Shown here piece after piece: positions 18,244 to 27,405 of a stretch of 64,000 nt of DNA (the stretch's first letter is position 1; every line of letters begins with the position of its first letter). The DNA comes from a virus. The position numbers and the translations under genes are program-made. The notes under the pieces are model-generated. The model was given only the letters and a program-made list of their open reading frames with translations. It was not told the DNA's origin and ran no database searches. Location: the IMG/VR virus record IMGVR_UViG_3300025098_000019, positions 46,011 to 110,010 of that record, one strand, 5' to 3'.

Positions 18244-19088
18244 TTTGTTTGATCAAATGCAATTGGTACTTCGTATGATGCAGGAACACCTTTTGTAATT
18301 TCTTCGTCTGTTGCATCAACTATCATTGGTTTAATTTCAAAAGAATCTTTTTGACTTTGTAAATGATTTTGAATATGCTCAAAAGTTGTTTTATCAGCAT
18401 TTTCAATAAACTCGCTGATGTGTTCTCTACTTGTAACTACATCGTCGCCTATCTGAATAGATTGTATACTAAACTTTATGCTGTCAACAGTAAGATCTGT
18501 TAGTTTTTTAAAGCTAGACTGAAACTGTGATAGTTTTTCTTCTTCAGTTAAGTCTTGATCATTAACAACTGCAAATATTCTTTGCTCTTCAAATGTTTTT
18601 AAGTTAACTGATGTAAATTCTTTGTATGTTAACGGCTTCATTGTAATAGTTAAATCACCCATTATACAAGTACCATTGTATTGTGCAGAAATTAGTCTTT
18701 CAAGAATAATTTTTAAGTCTAACTCAAAGTCTTTTTCTTCTTCAGTTATCGGTGTTGTAGTTGTTAGTGTCATCATATCGCCATAAGTTGCAATTCTAAT
18801 AGCAACTAGTGCAGCGTCAACATCTAAACTTGGCATATTCCATGCATTTTTAATATTAGGAATACAACTTTGAATAATATCAACAGTTGCTTGTCCGTTT
18901 AATAGTGCATCAGGTGTTTTTATAATCATCTCGTCTTTTGCTGTCATAGCATAGACTGGATATTCGTTGTTTTCTAGCAAATCGATACTATTGTTACCAT
19001 AGTATTGACCTTGAGACGGTAAAGATAGGTAAATCTTTGGTTGTCTGAAGTACTTTTGTAACGGATTAGCCGTTGCGGTATTAGTCAT
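18231..19088 (-). CDS. gp26: Baseplate hub assembly chaperone gp26-like
   Basis: LSLPSQG..Y, V.AMTAKDE, LDVDAALVAIRIATYG and the C-terminal NFF typical of gp26 family proteins. Confidence 0.75.
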   Translation of the reverse strand: MTNTATANPLQKYFRQPKIYLSLPSQGQYYGNNSIDLLENNEYPVYAMTAKDEMIIKTPDALLNGQATVDIIQSCIPNIKNAWNMPSLDVDAALVAIRIATYGDMMTLTTTTPITEEEKDFELDLKIILERLISAQYNGTCIMGDLTITMKPLTYKEFTSVNLKTFEEQRIFAVVNDQDLTEEEKLSQFQSSFKKLTDLTVDSIKFSIQSIQIGDDVVTSREHISEFIENADKTTFEHIQNHLQSQKDSFEIKPMIVDATDEEITKGVPASYEVPIAFDQTNFFA

Positions 19089-19101
19089 ATAATTCTCCTG
19101 C

Positions 19102-19140
19102 TAAATACAATGTATAAAGTATATACCATTTTTATTTATA
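19102..19140. promoter_or_regulatory. Face-to-face late promoters for the tape measure-like gene (+, TAAATA 19102-19107) and gp26 (-, TATAAATA 19133-19140)
   Basis: Late consensus on both strands in a 78-bp divergent intergenic region. Confidence 0.6.
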
Positions 19141-19166
19141 TACGTATTTAACTAGGACCTAACTAA

Positions 19167-21956
19167 GTGGCAGAAGAAATTGAAATTAGTAATGTAGGCG
19201 GAGCCAATGGTGTTGCAAGTGAAGCAACGCTTAAAGCTCTTGTTGATGCATTAAACAAAAAAGACGGATCTGGCGCCTCTGGCAAGGCAGCAAAACAGTA
19301 TAACGACCAATTAAAAAATGGTGCAACAGTAACTAGAGACAATAATAAAGCAACAAAGACTAATACTAAAGCTACTATTAGTGCTTCAGAAGCTACAAGT
19401 AAGTTTGCTTCAAAATTAAGTGGTGCCGCATTAGGCGCAATTGGTGCTATAGCTGGTTCAATAGGTAATCTTGGTAAAGAGTTTATCAATGGCGGTAGTC
19501 AACTAGGTGATTTTACACAGCACTTACCTTTAGTTGGACAAGCAATATCTCCTTTAGTTGGATTAATTGACGATAGTGTATCAAGCTTCAGAGCATTGTC
19601 AAGTGTTGGTGCTAGTTTTGGTAACAGTATAACTGATATGCGTCTAGCATCTGCTAATGCCGGATTAAGTATGGAAGAATTCTCTGGCTTAATAGGTAGT
19701 AATTCAGAAACACTTCGATTATTAGGTGGAACTGTTTCACAAGGTACTCAAAGATTCCTTCAAATGAATCGTAATCTTAAAGATACTGGTGATTTTGAAA
19801 CTCTAAAGAACTTAGGCTTTACAGTTATGGACATCAACGAAGGAATGGTTGATTACATTGACTTACAAGCTAATTTAGGTAGAAACCAAAAGCGTAGTGC
19901 TGCAAGCCTAGCACAAGGTTCATCGCAATACCTACAACAACTAGATGCACTTGCAAAAGTAACAGGTAAATCTAGAAAAGAATTAGCAGCTACACTGAAT
20001 AAGCAATCACAAGACGCAGGTTTCAGAGCATTAATGAATCAGTTTGAAGCAGGAAGCGAAAAAGCTGAGAATTTTGCATCAAGCATGGCTTTGATTGACA
20101 CACTTCCTGCAGAAGTTGCAACAGGATTAAAAGACTTAGCAGATGGCGTAGCACAAACGCCCGAAGCAGTAGCATTAATAAATGCAGCAGGCCCAGAAAT
20201 TGCAGATGCAATGGAAGCTGTTGCTAACGGAGCAGATCCACAAGTTATAATCGATGCACTTGGTAAAGCAGGTGTTGATATGGAAAAATTTGCAGGACTT
20301 GAAGGCAAACAAAGAGCTGCATTCATTCAAAATCTAAGGCAAACAAATCCTACACTAGCAGCAATACTTGATTCTTCTACTCAATTAACTAAGATAGGTA
20401 ATGCAGAATTTAAAAAAGCACAAGGCGAACAGAAAAAACGAGACGAGATTACAGCATCACTTACTACATTCGATGATTCCGTTCGCGAAGTTAGATCAAA
20501 ACTATCTAAAGCGTTTATTGAGAGTGGCCTCTTTGAAGCTATCTCAGGTCAAACTGGTAATTTAGCTGATGGACTAGCAGCAGCAGTGCCGCATATTGTA
20601 AATTTCTTAAAAGAGTTTACATCTATTGCACAAGGTGAAGGTTTCGGAGCAGCAATTTCTCAAAAAATTATTGATCCAATGAAAGAAGCGTTACTTAACG
20701 GTATTAAAGGACTTTGGACAGACTCAAGTATATTTTCAAAAATGGCTATTGGTATTTTGGGCTTATTTGCAGGAGCAAAAGTTGTTGGCGCTCTAACAGG
20801 CGGCCTAAGTAAATTATTTGGCGTTGGTGGCGGCGGCGGCATGGGCGGTGGCGGAATGCCAGGCAAAGGCAAAGGAGCAGCCGCAGGTAAAGGTGCAGGA
20901 GCGTTTGTTGGAAACGTAGCTGGCGGAGCAATGACAGGTGCTGCTAAAGGACTTAGTGCATTTGCAAGTCCGCAAGTAGCAATTGGTGCAGGTGTATTAG
21001 CAGGAACAATCTTAGTAGTTGGCGGAGCAGTAGCAGGCGCAACATGGATGATGGGCAAAGCACTACCAACATTTGCAGAAGGTTTAACAAAATTTGAAGA
21101 ACTAGACGGCGAAAAACTTAAATCAGCTGGTTTAGGTATGGTTGCTATCGGTGGAGGCTTTGCAGCCTTCGGCGTAGGAGGTGTTGCAGCAGGCATAGGC
21201 GGCATTATTGGCAGCATATCCGAAGGGCTGCTAGGAATGTTTGGCGGTGACGATCCATTAACTAAGATAAAAAAGTTTGGTGATGCTGATATTGATGCAG
21301 TAAAAGTAAAAGCAAACGCAGAAGCAATGGTTGCATTTGGTGAAGCAATGGGTGCAGCAGGTGTAGGAAATGCAGCAGCAGGAGCAGGCGGAATTGTAGG
21401 AGCATTTGCAAGTTTCTTTGCTGACGATCCAACAGAGCAAGTTAAAGAGTTTGGCAAACTAGATATTAATGCGGACGGTGTTACTAATAATGCCAATGCA
21501 ATGCTAGTGATGTCACAAGGCATCGCTGCAATGGCAAACGCCGGTATATCTTCACTAACAATAGATGATGGGCTAATAGACAACTTTTCTACATTATCAA
21601 AAATAGGCCCAGGATTAGATACAGCAGGTGATGCAATAGTTAAAATAGCAGGTGTTGCTGACCTAAGTGGAAATGTTGATTTGTTAAATTCGATTGACAG
21701 AAGTGGAATAAGAAACTATAATATAGAATTAGCTAAGATGGTTGATTTGCTTGAAAACATGAATACTGAACTATCAAAAGATAATAAATTTGGATTTGGC
21801 AGCGGAACAAATGCCGGAGACGTGATGCAAACCATGGCTGACAGTGGTCAAGCCACTACTCAGCTAAGTACTACTATGCTTACAACATTGGAAGAGATAA
21901 AAGATATAAACAAAGCAAGTAAGACATTGCTTGGTGAAATAAAGAGAAATATATAA
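19167..21956 (+). CDS. Tape measure-like protein
   Basis: 929 aa, helical Ala/Gly-rich with hydrophobic Gly-rich segments and semi-repeats (DDPLTKIKKFG / DDPTEQVKEFG); adjacent to the gp26/gp51 chaperone pair. Confidence 0.65.
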   Translation: MAEEIEISNVGGANGVASEATLKALVDALNKKDGSGASGKAAKQYNDQLKNGATVTRDNNKATKTNTKATISASEATSKFASKLSGAALGAIGAIAGSIGNLGKEFINGGSQLGDFTQHLPLVGQAISPLVGLIDDSVSSFRALSSVGASFGNSITDMRLASANAGLSMEEFSGLIGSNSETLRLLGGTVSQGTQRFLQMNRNLKDTGDFETLKNLGFTVMDINEGMVDYIDLQANLGRNQKRSAASLAQGSSQYLQQLDALAKVTGKSRKELAATLNKQSQDAGFRALMNQFEAGSEKAENFASSMALIDTLPAEVATGLKDLADGVAQTPEAVALINAAGPEIADAMEAVANGADPQVIIDALGKAGVDMEKFAGLEGKQRAAFIQNLRQTNPTLAAILDSSTQLTKIGNAEFKKAQGEQKKRDEITASLTTFDDSVREVRSKLSKAFIESGLFEAISGQTGNLADGLAAAVPHIVNFLKEFTSIAQGEGFGAAISQKIIDPMKEALLNGIKGLWTDSSIFSKMAIGILGLFAGAKVVGALTGGLSKLFGVGGGGGMGGGGMPGKGKGAAAGKGAGAFVGNVAGGAMTGAAKGLSAFASPQVAIGAGVLAGTILVVGGAVAGATWMMGKALPTFAEGLTKFEELDGEKLKSAGLGMVAIGGGFAAFGVGGVAAGIGGIIGSISEGLLGMFGGDDPLTKIKKFGDADIDAVKVKANAEAMVAFGEAMGAAGVGNAAAGAGGIVGAFASFFADDPTEQVKEFGKLDINADGVTNNANAMLVMSQGIAAMANAGISSLTIDDGLIDNFSTLSKIGPGLDTAGDAIVKIAGVADLSGNVDLLNSIDRSGIRNYNIELAKMVDLLENMNTELSKDNKFGFGSGTNAGDVMQTMADSGQATTQLSTTMLTTLEEIKDINKASKTLLGEIKRNI

Positions 21957-21957
21957 A

Positions 21958-23709
21958 ATGAGTTGGAAAAAACACTTTACACCAGTGCCACAAGGCACAG
22001 CAACAGGCGGATCGTACAGTCCTTTAAGTAATTACAAAGGAAGTATGCCAGGACCTGCTGCAAGAAATTATAATTCACACTTGCCAGATGTATATGTAGG
22101 AAATCCTAATCGTATCGAAAGGTATGGTCAATATAATACAATGGATTCAGATTCTGAAGTAAATGCAGCACTTGATATACTTGCAGAGTTTTGTACTCAA
22201 ACTAATGAAGCAAACGGCACTAATTTTAAATTAAATTTTAAACAAAAAGCAACTAACTCAGAAACAACAATTATATCAAAATATCTACAACAGTGGTGTA
22301 AACTTAATAAGTTTGAAACACGCATGTTTAGATTAATACGTAATTCCTTTAAGTACGGTGATCAAATATTTGTTAGAGATCCAGAAACTAAAAAGTTATT
22401 TCATGTAGACTGTGCAAACCTTACAAAAATTATTGTAAACGAAAGTGAAGGCAAAGTTCCAGAACAGTATGTTGTTAAAGATATGAATTTAAATTTTAAA
22501 GATTTAGTAGCAACTACACCTTATCAAACAAATGGTCAAATAAACAATGGCGGCGCAGGCAGCTATCAAAGTTCAAGCTCAGGCAAAGGATATATTTCAG
22601 GCGGAGCAGGACAAAATGCAGGAACAAGATTTAGTAGAGAAGAAAATGAAATAGCAATTGATTCAGAACATATTGTTCACCTATCAATGAGTGAAGGATT
22701 AGATAATAATTATCCTTTTGGTAATTCATTACTTGAAACTATTTTTAAAGTTTACAAACAAAAAGAATTGCTTGAAGATGCGATTATTATATATCGTGTT
22801 CAAAGAGCTCCAGAAAGAAGAGTCTTTTACGTTGATGTGGGCAACATGCCTTCACACCTTGCTATGCAATTTGTGGAACGTGTTAAAACGGAAATACATC
22901 AGAGACGTATCCCATCGCAGACTGGCGGAGGTCAAAGCGTCATAGACAGCTCATATAATCCGCTTTCAATTAACGAAGACTACTTCTTCCCACAAACTGC
23001 TGAAGGTAGAGGATCTAAAGTAGAAACACTGCCAGGCGGAACTAACCTAGGAGAAATTGATGACCTTAGATATTTTACTAATAAGCTCGTACGTGGTTTA
23101 CGAATCCCTAGCAGCTACTTGCCTACCGGCGCTGAAGATGCTACTTCATCATACAATGATGGACGAGTCGGAACTGCTTATATACAAGAATTAAGATTTA
23201 ATACTTATTGCGAACGCTTGCAAGGCCTGTTAGTTGAAGACTTTGATCAAGAATTTAAACGTTACCTTTTAGAAAAAGGTGTAAACATTGATACTTCAAT
23301 GTTTGATATTCAATTCCAGCCACCACAAAACTTTGCAAGTTACAGACAAAGTGAAATTGATAATGCTCGTGTACCAACTTATACACAAATGAGTGCTATA
23401 CCTTATATTTCAAATAGATTTGCATTAAAACGTTTCTTAGGTATGTCAGATGAAGAGATTGCAGATAACGAAAGATTGTGGAAAGAAGAAAACGTTGAAA
23501 ACTTAGAAGTACCACCAGCAGATGCATCAGGAGAGATGCGTAGTGCAGGTATAAGCGGCGCAGGTCTTGAAGCTGACTTGTCAGATGCCGAAGGCGAAGC
23601 TGCACCAGATGAAGCTCCAATTGAAGGAGGAGTAGGTACTCCGCCCGAAACTAATACTGGTGCAACATTAGGCGGCGGAGATGCCGCAGCAACAGATCAA
23701 ACGATATAA
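21958..23709 (+). CDS. gp20: Portal vertex protein gp20
   Basis: LLEDAIIIYRVQRAPERRVFYVDVGNMP, EDYFFPQ.AEGRGSKVETLPGG.NLGEIDD.YF are T4 gp20 signatures. Confidence 0.97.
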   Translation: MSWKKHFTPVPQGTATGGSYSPLSNYKGSMPGPAARNYNSHLPDVYVGNPNRIERYGQYNTMDSDSEVNAALDILAEFCTQTNEANGTNFKLNFKQKATNSETTIISKYLQQWCKLNKFETRMFRLIRNSFKYGDQIFVRDPETKKLFHVDCANLTKIIVNESEGKVPEQYVVKDMNLNFKDLVATTPYQTNGQINNGGAGSYQSSSSGKGYISGGAGQNAGTRFSREENEIAIDSEHIVHLSMSEGLDNNYPFGNSLLETIFKVYKQKELLEDAIIIYRVQRAPERRVFYVDVGNMPSHLAMQFVERVKTEIHQRRIPSQTGGGQSVIDSSYNPLSINEDYFFPQTAEGRGSKVETLPGGTNLGEIDDLRYFTNKLVRGLRIPSSYLPTGAEDATSSYNDGRVGTAYIQELRFNTYCERLQGLLVEDFDQEFKRYLLEKGVNIDTSMFDIQFQPPQNFASYRQSEIDNARVPTYTQMSAIPYISNRFALKRFLGMSDEEIADNERLWKEENVENLEVPPADASGEMRSAGISGAGLEADLSDAEGEAAPDEAPIEGGVGTPPETNTGATLGGGDAAATDQTI

Positions 23710-23711
23710 GG

Positions 23712-23718
23712 ATAAATA
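23712..23718 (+). promoter_or_regulatory. Late promoter ATAAATA 5 nt upstream of the ATG at 23724
   Basis: ATAAATA-ATTAC-ATG. Confidence 0.6.
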
Positions 23719-23723
23719 ATTAC

Positions 23724-23969
23724 ATGATACTAAGAGAATTATTTTATTTTGATCCCGAGACTGTTGAAATGGGCCAGAACGATCGTTATGAGCCACAGCA
23801 TGACGACTCACCTCTTAAGGCATCAGACACACGAAAGTCTAAACTTACACTAAAACAAATTAACAGAATTAGAAAAGCATCTGATTTGCATAAAGAAGAA
23901 CAAGTAAACGATCTTGATTTTGTGCGTCAAATGTATGGAGTTGCAGCTAACGCTGAAGCCGGCGTCTAA
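23724..23969 (+). CDS. Small head-module protein
   Basis: 81 aa directly after portal; MILRELF N-terminus; DTRKSKLTLKQINRIRK. Confidence 0.6.
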   Translation: MILRELFYFDPETVEMGQNDRYEPQHDDSPLKASDTRKSKLTLKQINRIRKASDLHKEEQVNDLDFVRQMYGVAANAEAGV

Positions 23970-24568
23970 TGTCTGTAAGCCATACTGCTTTCGTTTTAGG
24001 AAACGGACTCAGTAGACAATCTATTAACCTACATGAATTAAAAAAACACGGAACTGTGTATGGATGTAATGCTATATACAGAGAGTTTAAGTGTGATCAT
24101 TTAATTGCTGTTGATACAAAGATGGTTCTAGAAATAGCAAAAACAAACTATCAGAAGTATAATAGTGTATGGACCAACCCAAGTAAACTGTACAAAAACA
24201 TACCATCTTTGAATTATTTTGAACCAAGTAAAGGTTGGTCAAGTGGACCTACTGCATTATGGCTTGCAAGTCAAAATGGACACAAACACATTTATATTTT
24301 AGGTTTTGATTATTCAGGCACAGGTGATCAACACGCTAACTTTAACAACATATATGCTGATACAATAAATTATAAGACGTCACAAGAACCTGCAACATTT
24401 TATGGTAATTGGTTAAGACAAACTGCATCAGTAGTTAAAGAATATAGCATAATTAGATACAGTAGAGTTATAACGTCATATAATATTTGTCCGTCTGAAC
24501 TAAATAAATTTAGAAACATTAGTAACATTTCAATTGACGATTTCAAAAAAATCGACAAATTTAAGTAG
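23969..24568 (+). CDS. Putative glycosyltransferase of the CstII/GT42 sialyltransferase-like (DUF115-related) fold
   Basis: AFVLGNGLSR...YGCNA...SSGPTALWLASQNGHKHIYILGFD parallels the CstII motifs IAGNGPS...CN...TSG..M.A.A..LG.KEIYL.GID. Confidence 0.5.
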   Translation: MSVSHTAFVLGNGLSRQSINLHELKKHGTVYGCNAIYREFKCDHLIAVDTKMVLEIAKTNYQKYNSVWTNPSKLYKNIPSLNYFEPSKGWSSGPTALWLASQNGHKHIYILGFDYSGTGDQHANFNNIYADTINYKTSQEPATFYGNWLRQTASVVKEYSIIRYSRVITSYNICPSELNKFRNISNISIDDFKKIDKFK

Positions 24569-24694
24569 TATCTTTCCGAAATGGTCCGTTTTGAGCCTGT
24601 TTCTAGGCACTTTTTCTTATATCAAGTAAATAATAATGACAGCCTTACCGTAGACTATTGTAGAACATGGTATATACATTTATAGGAGAATAAA

Positions 24695-25645
24695 ATGGCA
24701 GATCTAAAGAAATTTGAAGAAATGCTCGAGCGTCTTGTTAATGAAGACAAGGAAGGCGCTGAGGAGCTTTTTCACGAGATTGTAGTAGAAAAATCACGTG
24801 ATATTTATGAGTCACTATTAGAAAGTGATTTAGACATCGAAGAAGACACTGATGAAGAAGTTGAAGAAACTACTGACGAAGAAGTAGAAGAAGCAACTGA
24901 CGAAGAAGTTGACGAAGATGAAGACAAAGTTGATGAAAACTTTGATCTAGATGAATTTGAAGTTGAAGCTGACCCAATGGACATGGGCGGCGACGCAGCT
25001 GACGACATGATGGCTGACCTAGAAGGTGGCGATGATGACGAAGAAGGTGATGACGAAGACGGCGAAGATGGCGACATGGAAGACCGCGTTATGGACCTAG
25101 AAGATGCACTTGACGACCTAAAAGCAGAATTTGAAAAAATGATGGACGGTGAAGAAGGTGAAGGCGATGATGAAGAAGCTGGTGATGATGAAGAGCCAGA
25201 AGAAGCATTTGCTTTTGAAGCATCAGACGAGGAAGTTGAAGAAGCTACTGACGAAGAAGTAGAAGAAGCAGCTGACGAAGAAGTCGAAGAAAAAACTAAC
25301 AAATCCGCTGGCGAAGAAATGCGCGAGTACGTAGAAAAAGTATCAGCTAAAATGGGTGACAACGGTGCAAACTCAAAGTCATCAGTAGCGGGTGCAAATG
25401 ATATGGGTGGAACAGCAAGCAACTTGAATCAAGCTGCATCTGCAAGTGACCCAGAAGCCGGAGCAGGAAGCACAGTTAAAGGTTCATCTTTAAGTGATAC
25501 ATCTGCAAAGGATATGAATACCAAGAACGTAAATGTTCCTGGTGGTAAGGCATCGAAAGCTGCTAAAACCGAACCTGGCCACGGCGCTGAGAAAAAGGGC
25601 AAGCCAGAGACTGCTGACAACAAAAAATCAACTGTCGGCAAATAA
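24695..25645 (+). CDS. Highly acidic prohead core protein (gp67/gp68-like position)
   Basis: Very D/E-rich with TDEEVEEA repeats; located between portal and protease; strong RBS AGGAG; late promoter TAAATA at 24627. Confidence 0.6.
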   Translation: MADLKKFEEMLERLVNEDKEGAEELFHEIVVEKSRDIYESLLESDLDIEEDTDEEVEETTDEEVEEATDEEVDEDEDKVDENFDLDEFEVEADPMDMGGDAADDMMADLEGGDDDEEGDDEDGEDGDMEDRVMDLEDALDDLKAEFEKMMDGEEGEGDDEEAGDDEEPEEAFAFEASDEEVEEATDEEVEEAADEEVEEKTNKSAGEEMREYVEKVSAKMGDNGANSKSSVAGANDMGGTASNLNQAASASDPEAGAGSTVKGSSLSDTSAKDMNTKNVNVPGGKASKAAKTEPGHGAEKKGKPETADNKKSTVGK

Positions 25646-25661
25646 ACTAAAGGACGATTGA

Positions 25662-26285
25662 ATGAGAAACTTACGAGAGCATTTGACATTCGACCAAGCT
25701 CAGATAGTTGTTGAAAACGCAAATGAAGGCAAAGATCTTTACATGAAAGGTATTTGCATACAAGGCGGAGTACGCAACGCAAATCAGCGAGTGTATCCTG
25801 TAAATGAAATTGGCAGGGCTGTCAAAACTCTCAATGATCAGATCGAAGGAGGATATAGTGTTCTCGGCGAAGTTGATCATCCAGAAGGCCTTAACATTAA
25901 CCTAGACCGTGTGTCACATATGATTGAATCATGTTGGATGGACGGTGCAAACGGTTACGGAAAGTTGAAAATTTTACCAACTCCAATGGGACAACTAGTT
26001 AAAACAATGCTGGAAAGCGGAGTTAAACTTGGTGTCTCATCAAGAGGAAGTGGTAATGTATCAGAAGACGGTGGCAACACCGTCTCTGATTTCGAAATAA
26101 TCACTGTGGACGTAGTGGCTCAGCCTAGCGCCCCTGGTGCATATCCAACTCCCATTTATGAGCATATCATGAATGCAAGAGGCGGATACAAGGCATTTGA
26201 ATTAGCACAGGCTACAAAACACGATGACAAGGCACAGAAATATTTAAAAGAGAGCTTATTAAACATAATAAGCAGGCTCCGATAA
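25662..26285 (+). CDS. gp21: Prohead protease gp21
   Basis: NANQRVYP, LGEVDHP, NLDRVSH, ILPTPMG, GVSSRGSG, DVVAQPSAPGA. Confidence 0.97.
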   Translation: MRNLREHLTFDQAQIVVENANEGKDLYMKGICIQGGVRNANQRVYPVNEIGRAVKTLNDQIEGGYSVLGEVDHPEGLNINLDRVSHMIESCWMDGANGYGKLKILPTPMGQLVKTMLESGVKLGVSSRGSGNVSEDGGNTVSDFEIITVDVVAQPSAPGAYPTPIYEHIMNARGGYKAFELAQATKHDDKAQKYLKESLLNIISRLR

Positions 26286-26299
26286 CCGAGGAGAAAACT

Positions 26300-27394
26300 A
26301 TGTTGGACGCATTAAAAGAACTCTTCGAGAGCAGCGCACTTTCAGAAGAAGTAAAAGCAGAACTACAAGAAGCTTGGGAGACGAAAGTTACTGACAATCG
26401 TCGTCAAGTTACTGCTGAGCTTCGTGAAGAATTTGCTCAGAAATATGAACATGATAAAACTACAATGGTGGAAGCTATTGATAGCATGTTGTCTGAGAAA
26501 CTTGCTGAGGAAATTACAGAATTTTCAGAAGATCGCAAACAACTTGCAGAAGCAAAAGCAAAATATGCTATTGCAATGCGTGAGAATGCAGATTTAATGA
26601 AAGGCTTTGTAATGGATCAGCTTCAGAAAGAAATTTCTGAACTACACGAAGATAAGCAAGCGATGGCGGCTAAACACGCACAGCTTGAAGACTTTGTAGT
26701 TGAAGCTCTTGCTAAAGAAATTGCAGAGTTCCACGAAGATAAAAAAGATTTAGCAGAAACGAAAGTACGTTTAGTTCGTGAAGCTAAAGAACACTTTGCT
26801 AAAGTTAAAACTAACTTTATCGAAAGAAGTGCTAAAGCAGTATCTGAAACAGTTGATGGCGCATTACGCGGCGAAATTGGTCAACTTAAAGAAGATATTG
26901 AAGAAGCACGAAGAAACGACTTCGGTCGTAAGTTATTTGAAGCATTCGCTAGCGAATATTCAACTAGCTACCTAAACGAAAATAGCGAAACTGTGAAGCT
27001 AATGAAAGTTGTTGATACTAAAGACAAGCAACTATCAGAAGCCAAACAAGCTGCTGAGAAAGCTATCGCACTTGCAGAAGCACAAGTTGTGGAAAACAAG
27101 AAGATAACAGAATCAGCAAGACGTGAGAAAACAATTAATGGCTTAATTGCTCCTTTAAACAAGGAACAAAAAGATATTATGACAGACTTACTGGAAAGTG
27201 TACAAACTGATAGACTTAATAAGTCTTTTAACAAGTACTTACCATCAGTTATTGACGGAAATACTCCAGCAAAGCGTAAGGCAGTTTTAGCAGAGGCAAA
27301 AGAAATTACAGGCAACAGAGAAGAAACACAAATGACAACTAAAGCAGACGAATCTAACGTATTAGACTTACGCCGTCTTGCTGGATTAAACTAA
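26300..27394 (+). CDS. gp22: Prohead scaffolding protein gp22
   Basis: Coiled-coil, Glu-rich; lies between gp21 and gp23. Confidence 0.85.
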   Translation: MLDALKELFESSALSEEVKAELQEAWETKVTDNRRQVTAELREEFAQKYEHDKTTMVEAIDSMLSEKLAEEITEFSEDRKQLAEAKAKYAIAMRENADLMKGFVMDQLQKEISELHEDKQAMAAKHAQLEDFVVEALAKEIAEFHEDKKDLAETKVRLVREAKEHFAKVKTNFIERSAKAVSETVDGALRGEIGQLKEDIEEARRNDFGRKLFEAFASEYSTSYLNENSETVKLMKVVDTKDKQLSEAKQAAEKAIALAEAQVVENKKITESARREKTINGLIAPLNKEQKDIMTDLLESVQTDRLNKSFNKYLPSVIDGNTPAKRKAVLAEAKEITGNREETQMTTKADESNVLDLRRLAGLN

Positions 27395-27405
27395 GGAGAT
27401 AAAAG

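Noticed and set aside
20660-21583. 307-aa minus-strand ORF (also 15823-16350, 16891-17553, 24805-25422, 34855-35475, 43343-44158 and similar)
   Set aside because: Antisense shadows of strongly codon-biased genes; low-complexity Pro/Ser/Ala translations with no RBS.
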